From positions 1 to 24,123 of the forward strand of contig JACAFS010000011.1 in NCBI GenBank assembly GCA_013378385.1: DNA of 24,123 bases, written 5' to 3'. The stretch is from Nitrososphaerota archaeon. Its GTDB lineage: Archaea; Thermoproteota; Nitrososphaeria; Nitrososphaerales; UBA57. Made by a program: the position numbers and the translations under genes. The notes under the pieces were generated by a model. It was not told where the DNA came from. It ran no database searches and saw only the letters and a list, made by a program, of their open reading frames with translations. Shown in pieces: positions 18,695-24,123 of this stretch (the stretch's first letter is position 1; each line of letters opens with the position of its first letter).

Positions 18695-19727
18695 AATACA
18701 ATCCATCTATGTATTTATCAGAGTATAATCTTTCCTGAATATTAACGTCAAAAAAGTCTTCAATAGGCTTGAATAAATCACTATTTTCATAAACTAATTT
18801 AGATTGTTCGAGTATAAATTTTAATGCTTGTTTAGTAACTAGCCCAAGAGGCTGTCGTGAAGGTCCTGATGGTAAACCAATAATTCGCATTAGTGTCTTT
18901 GTTGGAACAGGATTACGTGATTTAACAACTACGTCGCCAAGATTAGTTGATTCAGTTGTTTGAACGCCGACCAATTTGAATAAAGGGGAGATAGATTTTT
19001 CAAGATTTGAATATTGAGAATCATTTTTCAGAGTCATGCTAACCAATTCAGTAATTGCCGCAGGAACTAGATTCGAAGCAACGGATATTACACCGGTAGA
19101 TTTGATTTCTTCATCCTGAATTAATGATACAGTCTTATCGTCGTCACCAGACAGAATGCAAAAATCTTTACCGCAGAGTTTTCTAGTTAGTTTAGCATTA
19201 TCAAAATTACCAGTAGCTTCTTTTACAGTATTAATATTAGGGCAATTGGCATATGCAATTGCAAGATCTTGTGGCAATAATTGAGTTCCTGTACGTCCGG
19301 GTATGACATATGGAATAACATTAACAGAAGGAAATTTTTTTGCAATAATTTCGAGGTATTCTTTACGAATCTCAAGTGAACTAGGTCCGTTATAATAAGG
19401 GTCAATAAGTAGAATATTATTTATACCTAAATCATGAGCAAATTGTGTAACTTTTAGACTTTCAGAGGTATTATTGCTGCCAGTCCCTGCAATAATTACA
19501 GTTCTTTCACCTGCAATATCATACACGGTTTTAATGATTTTTTCATGTTCAGACCAAGACAATGTTGGGCTTTCTCCAGTAGTTCCAGCAATAAGAATAC
19601 CGGAAATGTTTTCAGATATTTGGAATTCAATGAGTTTAGAGAGACCCGCATAATCAACTTGATAATCATCAGTAAATGGAGTTATGAGGGCAGTATAACA
19701 TCCTTTAAACAATTCTTTATCATTCAT
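18681..19727 (-). CDS. dapA: 4-hydroxy-tetrahydrodipicolinate synthase (DapA family), long variant
   Basis: 348 aa with ITPF, GTTGES, a YN.P-type motif and the Schiff-base Lys context (NTVKEATG). Relative to E. coli DapA it has an internal insertion and an extension of about 35 aa at the C-terminus. Confidence 0.88.
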   Translation of the reverse strand: MNDKELFKGCYTALITPFTDDYQVDYAGLSKLIEFQISENISGILIAGTTGESPTLSWSEHEKIIKTVYDIAGERTVIIAGTGSNNTSESLKVTQFAHDLGINNILLIDPYYNGPSSLEIRKEYLEIIAKKFPSVNVIPYVIPGRTGTQLLPQDLAIAYANCPNINTVKEATGNFDNAKLTRKLCGKDFCILSGDDDKTVSLIQDEEIKSTGVISVASNLVPAAITELVSMTLKNDSQYSNLEKSISPLFKLVGVQTTESTNLGDVVVKSRNPVPTKTLMRIIGLPSGPSRQPLGLVTKQALKFILEQSKLVYENSDLFKPIEDFFDVNIQERLYSDKYIDGLYYESY

Positions 19728-19732
19728 ATTAA

Positions 19733-19754
19733 ACAGTACTTTGAGTTAAGTACT
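19733..19754. promoter_or_regulatory. Candidate operator: inverted repeat CAGTACTT-N6-AAGTACTG between the predicted TATA and the dapA ATG
   Basis: Perfect 8-bp arms at 19733-19740 and 19747-19754, each containing the self-complementary hexamer AGTACT. It lies 6-27 nt upstream of ATG 19727. TATA-like elements on the minus strand lie at about 19757-19783. Confidence 0.3.
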
Positions 19755-19822
19755 GCGGAAAATAAACAGAAGATAAATATAACAAATAAACCTAAAAACA
19801 AGACTAGACAATAAAATTAACA

Positions 19823-19924
19823 GGGCCCGTAACTCAGCTTGGTAGAAGAATTTCGCCAAAAGTGACCGACTCATATAATAATTGAGACATCGGTTTGTCG
19901 TGGGATCGAAGCCCACCGGGCCCA
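19823..19924 (+). tRNA. tRNA with anticodon CAT (elongator Met, or Ile2 if C34 is modified), carrying two introns
   Basis: The acceptor is GGGCCCG/CGGGCCC plus A73. Removing 19847-19861 (15 nt, D-arm) restores the D-stem ACTC/GAGT. Removing 19876-19888 (13 nt, canonical 37/38) gives the anticodon arm ACCGA-CTCATAA-TCGGT. The T-arm is GTGGG-ATCGAAG-CCCAC. The mature length is 74 nt. Confidence 0.8.
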
Positions 19925-19957
19925 CATATAATTAAGAAGAATCTATTGTTGCCAATC

Positions 19958-19982
19958 AAGAGTCTTTGTTTTACTCTTTTTT
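19958..19982 (+). terminator. Hairpin plus T6 downstream of tRNA-CAT, a possible terminator
   Basis: AAGAGT (19958-63) pairs with ACTCTT (19973-78) around a 9-nt loop and runs into TTTTTT (19977-82). It lies 34 nt after the tRNA 3' end. Confidence 0.3.
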
Positions 19983-20173
19983 CGCATTCTTTTGTGAACT
20001 AATTTCCAGGACATAATAAATCAATAATTATTACGAATAAGATTCATTTACAAATCAGTGTAATAATCCTTTGACAAAATCGACAATTAGGTTAAAGTAA
20101 TAAATAAGAGATATAAAAAAAATAAAAGAAATTGATATAAATAATTGCATCGTTCGTATTTTGAGTGTCGTTA

Positions 20174-20261
20174 GCCGTCTTAGCTCAGCGTGGTAGAGCA
20201 GTTGACTGTTAATCAACTGGTCGCAGGTTCAAGATTATAAATGAAAATCCTGTAGACGGCG
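20174..20261 (+). tRNA. tRNA-Asn (GTT) with a 14-nt intron in the T-loop
   Basis: The fold is GCCGTCT-TA-GCTC-AGCGTGGTA-GAGC-A-GTTGA-CTGTTAA-TCAAC-TGGTC-GCAGG-TTCAA[GATTATAAATGAAA]AT-CCTGT-AGACGGC-G. Removing 20233-20246 restores a 7-nt TTCAAAT loop and a 74-nt mature length. A TATA-like GATATAAATAA lies at 20134-20144. Confidence 0.85.
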
Positions 20262-20275
20262 CTCAATTATATTAG

Positions 20276-21358
20276 CTATAAAATGTATTTTTTTGAGAAA
20301 TTCTGATATGACTGTCTCAGGTTATTATTAGTAATTGTTGATTTAAATCCAAAATTAGACAATTCTTCAATGCCTCCATATTCATTCATATCATGTGAAT
20401 ACTGAATACCGCGAATTATATCTAACAATAATCCACCGGCATTCGGTCCGTCAGTACTTCTCAAGTAAATATCGAATCGAACTTTGGAACCAAGAAATGA
20501 ATCACCCTCAAGCCAAAAGTAATTAGTTCGAGAATTACCCATAAAATCAACATAATCAGTAGTGCCTGAAACGGTTTGAACGTCATAGGGTAATTCTGAT
20601 TCAATAGTATTAGACTTAACTTTGCGTTTCAATATTCGTAAATCTTCGTCCACGGTATTATTTGTTTCAATGCCTCCACCTACATCTAATTGATAACTCT
20701 TGTTTATTCGTATGCCACGTTCATGCATCAAATTCATAAGTCCCTTATGAAAAGCAGTTCCGCCGAATTGACTCATTAAATCATCCCCTACAACAATCAA
20801 TTTTTTATCTTTGAAAGTCTTTATGAATGATTCATTGGTCGCGATACTAGTAGGTGTAGCGTTAATAAAACTAGAACCGATATCAGCAGATATTTCTGCG
20901 TATTTCTCAGAGCTTTTATGAAGACCGGATGAGATTAAATTAATTACAATATCAGGATTTTTCTTTTTCAGTGAATTATGAAATTCAGATTCCATAAAAG
21001 GATCGAAACCACTTTCATTTGAGAATTCAATAGAAGATTGAAGATTTTCATTCATATTATCGTCAGATAAAAGTCCTGGTTCAACATTGATTGAAGATAC
21101 ATCTAGATCAACAAATTTTTCTAATTTATTGGAAGAGGAGAATATGCTTTTGTTAAGTTCAAGGCCGATTTTATTTTTCTCAATATCGTAAGCTCCGACT
21201 AAATCAATATCAGATATTTTATAATTACCAACTAATGGATGCCAAAGTCCATATTCATCAGTTTTACCTTTGTTATTTTCTATTTTCTTATAATATTCAA
21301 TACCTTGTACTAATGCACTTGCTGAATTGCCTACTCCAAGAATTACTGTTCGAATCAT
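20276..21358 (-). CDS. myo-Inositol-1-phosphate synthase (archaeal short type)
   Basis: 360 aa. It has an N-terminal Rossmann segment (ILGVGNSASALVQGIEYY) and MIPS core segments (GDDLMSQFGGTAFHKGL, SYQLDVGGG). Confidence 0.88.
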   Translation of the reverse strand: MIRTVILGVGNSASALVQGIEYYKKIENNKGKTDEYGLWHPLVGNYKISDIDLVGAYDIEKNKIGLELNKSIFSSSNKLEKFVDLDVSSINVEPGLLSDDNMNENLQSSIEFSNESGFDPFMESEFHNSLKKKNPDIVINLISSGLHKSSEKYAEISADIGSSFINATPTSIATNESFIKTFKDKKLIVVGDDLMSQFGGTAFHKGLMNLMHERGIRINKSYQLDVGGGIETNNTVDEDLRILKRKVKSNTIESELPYDVQTVSGTTDYVDFMGNSRTNYFWLEGDSFLGSKVRFDIYLRSTDGPNAGGLLLDIIRGIQYSHDMNEYGGIEELSNFGFKSTITNNNLRQSYQNFSKKYIL

Positions 21359-21392
21359 TTAGCATCAACCTGTGAATAATATAATTTATAGT

Positions 21393-21599
21393 TTAATCGC
21401 GGATTACAGAAATAAGGCCAAATAATCCTGACAAGATAAGCACTCCGGAGATGAAATAATATATTGGAACTATTTGAGGAGCAAGTGTTTGAGTAGAAGA
21501 AGTATAATTAGCAGACAATAAACCTAGAAGAATCAGTATTAGGCCGATAGCTCGAAACATTATATCTGAATCAAGTTTACGATTTTTTACAATTGACAT
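21393..21599 (-). CDS. Small two-helix membrane protein, hypothetical
   Basis: 68 aa with two hydrophobic helices. A TATA-like element abuts ATG 21599, so the internal ATG at 21560 (55 aa) may be the true start. Confidence 0.4.
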   Translation of the reverse strand: MSIVKNRKLDSDIMFRAIGLILILLGLLSANYTSSTQTLAPQIVPIYYFISGVLILSGLFGLISVIRD

Positions 21600-21646
21600 A
21601 AATTATATTCGCAATAGCATAGGTATTAGTCTTTCTACAAAGATGG

Positions 21647-21762
21647 TGCCGGGGGTGGGATTTGAACCCACGAACACCTAAGTGACGGGATGTCATATAC
21701 TTGGCCCTCCAAGGAGGACGATCTTAAGTCCAGCGCCTTTGACCTGGCTCGGCAACCCCGGC
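21647..21762 (-). tRNA. tRNA-Leu (TAA), type II, with a 31-nt intron at or near the canonical 37/38 position
   Basis: The reverse complement reads GCCGGGG-TT-GCC-GAGCCAGGTCAAA-GGC-G-CTGGA-CTTAAG[ATCGTCCTCCTTGGAGGGCCAAGTATATGAC]A-TCCCG-TCACTTAGGTGTTC-GTGGG-TTCAAAT-CCCAC-CCCCGGC-A. The intron is at 21692-21722 and the mature length is 85 nt. CCA follows in the genome (21644-21646). The anticodon stem has one U:C mismatch. Confidence 0.8.
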
Positions 21763-21847
21763 ATTATTTATTATTGATTTGAGTAGCTTATAATAAATTA
21801 AAAGGCTTCTACAATATAATAAAAATGAGAGGTGTAAATAAGAGATT

Positions 21848-23269
21848 TTGGTAATAACAAGAAGAATATTGGCAATGGTGTTCATAATACCAATAATTTT
21901 CGGATTAATAATAGGAACTCAATTAATCGACAATTCGAATAATGATCCAGAAAAGGAAGTTCAAGACAGTTGTAATTTAAGATATGAGAATAACAACAGA
22001 TACATCAAAGAATATGTAATACCAAGTAAATGTTCAGCTCCAGTTGCAATAACAATTGATAGTGAGGGGATAGTATGGTTTATAGAGAACAATCACAGCA
22101 AAATATCTTCATACAATCCAGAAGAAGATTCATTTAATGAAGTTATAATTTCAGAAGTTTATTCAGATATCCAATCGTGGAGTATGATCGCAGTTGATGA
22201 TGATATTTGGTTCACCGATCATAGAAATAATTTTATATGGAGATACATGAAATCGGAAAATATATTTGAACATTATATTTTACCTACTGAAGATGCATAT
22301 CCGGTTCAGATAATTAACTTTGAAGATAAAATAATAGTTTCAGAGATATTTGGAAAGAAAATTGCAATATTAGATAAGAATAAATTATCTTCTAATACAA
22401 GCAACGGAATAAATGAAATTACGCCAGAAATAGATTTAGAAGTTTTAGGAGGCATTGCAACAGATAATGAAGGAAGAATTTGGTTTACAATGCTTACATG
22501 GCCAATTGAAGGACATCTAGGAAATTATAAGGATGGAAAATTTACGTCCTATAAATTACCTGAAGGTATATCATCCCCAGTAGGAATAGCAATAAAAGAT
22601 AATAAAATATGGATAAATGATCACGGGTCTAGTCAATTTGTTTTATTTAATCTTGAAAATAATACGTATACAAAATTTGTCACATCTGCAAGTAAATCAG
22701 ACTTTACAACAACACTGCCCTATTGGAATAAATTTGATAAAGATGGGAATATTTGGATGAATATTCACCAGTCGAATACTATAGCAAAATTTGATACTAC
22801 TAATCAGATATTGATTGAATACGAGATACCTACGAAAAATTTTGACTGGGGAGGAATATCAAATCCGCTTCAATTTGACATAGATAATCAAGGAAACATC
22901 TGGTTTACTGAGTGGACAGAAAATAAGATTGCAGTACTAGATGCGCAAAAGGCTTTAGAATTTACTATTGAAACATCTACAAGGGAAATTAATATGAATA
23001 AAAATGAACTAAAAGAAATCACATTGATAATAGAGCCGAAAGATAGGATAATGGCAAATATAAAAAGTTCTGGAACGTTTACAATAAATGGATTGCTAGA
23101 AAATGTTTCTATAACATTTGAACAAATAGATAGCGAATTTGATACAATACAAGAAATACCAATTTTGATAAAAGCAGAGAATCTAGAAGTCGGAACATAT
23201 ACAATAATGATAAGTGTAGAGAGTCAAGAAATAACACAATCGATTCCTATAAGATTAATTATAAAATAA
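21848..23269 (+). CDS. Membrane-anchored or secreted seven-bladed beta-propeller protein (Vgb/NHL-like repeats) with a C-terminal beta-sandwich-like domain
   Basis: 473 aa. An N-terminal basic plus hydrophobic anchor (ITRRILAMVFIIPIIFGLIIG) is followed by about seven repeats of the form G.IWFTE/D..N.I. (VWFIE, IWFTD, IIVSE, IWFTM, IWIND, IWMNI, IWFTE). About 100 aa of tail follow. The start is TTG as in the track. The next ATG would remove the charged n-region. Confidence 0.75.
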   Translation: MVITRRILAMVFIIPIIFGLIIGTQLIDNSNNDPEKEVQDSCNLRYENNNRYIKEYVIPSKCSAPVAITIDSEGIVWFIENNHSKISSYNPEEDSFNEVIISEVYSDIQSWSMIAVDDDIWFTDHRNNFIWRYMKSENIFEHYILPTEDAYPVQIINFEDKIIVSEIFGKKIAILDKNKLSSNTSNGINEITPEIDLEVLGGIATDNEGRIWFTMLTWPIEGHLGNYKDGKFTSYKLPEGISSPVGIAIKDNKIWINDHGSSQFVLFNLENNTYTKFVTSASKSDFTTTLPYWNKFDKDGNIWMNIHQSNTIAKFDTTNQILIEYEIPTKNFDWGGISNPLQFDIDNQGNIWFTEWTENKIAVLDAQKALEFTIETSTREINMNKNELKEITLIIEPKDRIMANIKSSGTFTINGLLENVSITFEQIDSEFDTIQEIPILIKAENLEVGTYTIMISVESQEITQSIPIRLIIK

Positions 23270-23280
23270 GGAGAATTGTA

Positions 23281-23356
23281 TGGGGCGAGGGAGATTTGAA
23301 CTCCCGATCACTTGCTCCCAAAGCAAACATCTTAGACCAGACTAGACAACCGCCCC
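23281..23356 (-). tRNA. tRNA-Pro (TGG), intronless
   Basis: The reverse complement reads GGGGCGG-TT-GTCT-AGTCTGGTCTA-AGAT-G-TTTGC-TTTGGGA-GCAAG-TGATC-GGGAG-TTCAAAT-CTCCC-TCGCCCC-A. This is a clean 76-nt cloverleaf. Confidence 0.92.
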
Positions 23357-23467
23357 AATAACGTATAATTGTCAAAATAAAAAAGCCTATCTAGATTTGA
23401 TAGAATTAGGTCAAAATAACTTAAGCTTTAAATGCATATTTTATTTATATAGTATATCTTGTCCTCA

Positions 23468-24073
23468 ATGCCTTACAGAACATCAAAGAGAGTAAGGACT
23501 ATTTATTCGGTAATTGCTTCGTCGAATCGTCTAGATATTTTACGCATATTAAATGCAAAAGGGCCTCTAAGTTATTCTGAGTTAAAGACACTTGCGGGAT
23601 TTAAGTCTAAAAAAGAATCAGGTAAATTTGCCTATCATCTAAGAAAGCTAGTTAAACAGATGTTAGTTACATTAAACAGATCAGAAAGGAGATATACAGT
23701 AACAAACTTGGGAAGATTAATTCTGAATTTAACCAGGCAAATAGAGGAACAGAGTGTAATAGAAAGTGGAAAGATTTACGTTAGAACATCTAAAGAAATG
23801 ATGGAAGAATTCAAGCCAGATAAGATTCTACAAGCATTAGTTAAAGAAGCAGGAATGCCTGTCGATTTAGCGCAAAAAATGACAAGCGAAGCAGAAGCAA
23901 GATTGTATAAATTTCAAACAAGCTATCTAACTGCTCCATTGATTAGAGAAATAGTAAATGCACTACTAATAGAACATGGATATGAAGAATATAGGCATAA
24001 ATTAACAAGAATTGGATTACCTATTCATGATGTGACGCAGATGTTGAAACATAGTACAAGGAGCGACAAATGA
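23468..24073 (+). CDS. Transcriptional regulator: N-terminal ArsR-like winged helix fused to a C-terminal ATP-cone-like domain
   Basis: The wHTH region reads NRLDILRILNAKGPLSYSELKTLAG...RRYTVTNLGRLIL. The C-terminal region (KIYVRTSKEMMEEFKPDKILQALVKEAG...LIREIVNALLIEHGYEEYRHKL) fits the ATP-cone pattern. I placed the start at ATG 23468, about 22 nt after the TATA-like TTTTATTTATATAG (23439-23452). The track's TTG at 23459 is less likely. Confidence 0.7.
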   Translation: MPYRTSKRVRTIYSVIASSNRLDILRILNAKGPLSYSELKTLAGFKSKKESGKFAYHLRKLVKQMLVTLNRSERRYTVTNLGRLILNLTRQIEEQSVIESGKIYVRTSKEMMEEFKPDKILQALVKEAGMPVDLAQKMTSEAEARLYKFQTSYLTAPLIREIVNALLIEHGYEEYRHKLTRIGLPIHDVTQMLKHSTRSDK

Positions 24074-24123
24074 GTTTCGTCACTATTAACACAAACCTCA
24101 AAGGATGTATTTTCAGTATATCT
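24070..24123 (+). CDS. 5' end of an unidentified ORF (18 codons) overlapping the regulator stop as ATGA
   Basis: It begins ATG at 24070 and reads MSFVTINTNLKGCIFSIS, open to the window edge. The 4-nt ATGA overlap suggests co-transcription and translational coupling. Confidence 0.3.
   Translation, partial: MSFVTINTNLKGCIFSIS

Noticed and set aside
19545-19814. 89-aa plus-strand ORF overlapping the dapA 5' end and its promoter
   Set aside because: It is antisense to dapA. The sequence is low-complexity and Lys/Asn-rich, and it runs through the AT-rich promoter, so it is a shadow ORF.
19728-19822. Lysine riboswitch upstream of dapA, and an SAH/SAM riboswitch upstream of ahcY (11606-11651)
   Set aside because: The leaders are far too short for these aptamers, at under 100 nt and 46 nt. 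No conserved riboswitch core was visible, and these classes are bacterial.
21600-23460. The tRNA-Leu ... tRNA-Pro interval considered as an integrated mobile element
   Set aside because: I saw no integrase, no duplicated tRNA 3' fragment (att) and only a single cargo gene, and the base composition matches its surroundings. I kept it only as a possible variable slot.

Overview
This is an AT-rich, very compact archaeal chromosome segment with about 34 protein-coding genes and 4 tRNA genes. I found no rRNA, CRISPR array, transposase, integrase or recognisable defence gene. The content is almost all housekeeping. It includes TFB, aSUI1, aIF-1A, aIF-2beta, Rio1, a KH/Dim2-like protein, topoisomerase VI A and B, ProRS and UppP. 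It also holds an apt-mtnP-ahcY SAM by-product salvage cluster, an M50 site-2 protease, a Sulfolobus-type zinc/7Fe ferredoxin next to a DUF59 protein, a dapA-dapB-lysA-aminotransferase lysine operon, and myo-inositol-1-phosphate synthase. The gene set, the AT-richness, the zero-spacer gene packing and the intron-rich tRNAs suggest a Nitrosopumilus-like ammonia-oxidising thaumarchaeon. That assignment is inference, not a database result. I do not see a convincing novel multi-gene system, and the window reads as core genome. Five items are most worth a second look. (1) A winged-helix plus ATP-cone-like fusion regulator is stop/start-coupled (ATGA) to a gene cut off by the right edge. (2) The ferredoxin has an acidic C-terminal tail encoded by a perfect 21-bp tandem repeat. 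(3) Three of the four tRNA genes are interrupted, with four introns in total, two of them at non-canonical D-arm and T-loop positions. (4) A double AGTACT palindrome sits on the predicted lysine-operon promoter. (5) Several small Cys-motif proteins and a UppP with its conserved His replaced by Asn. All protein calls rest on motif recognition by eye from the supplied translations. No searches were run.
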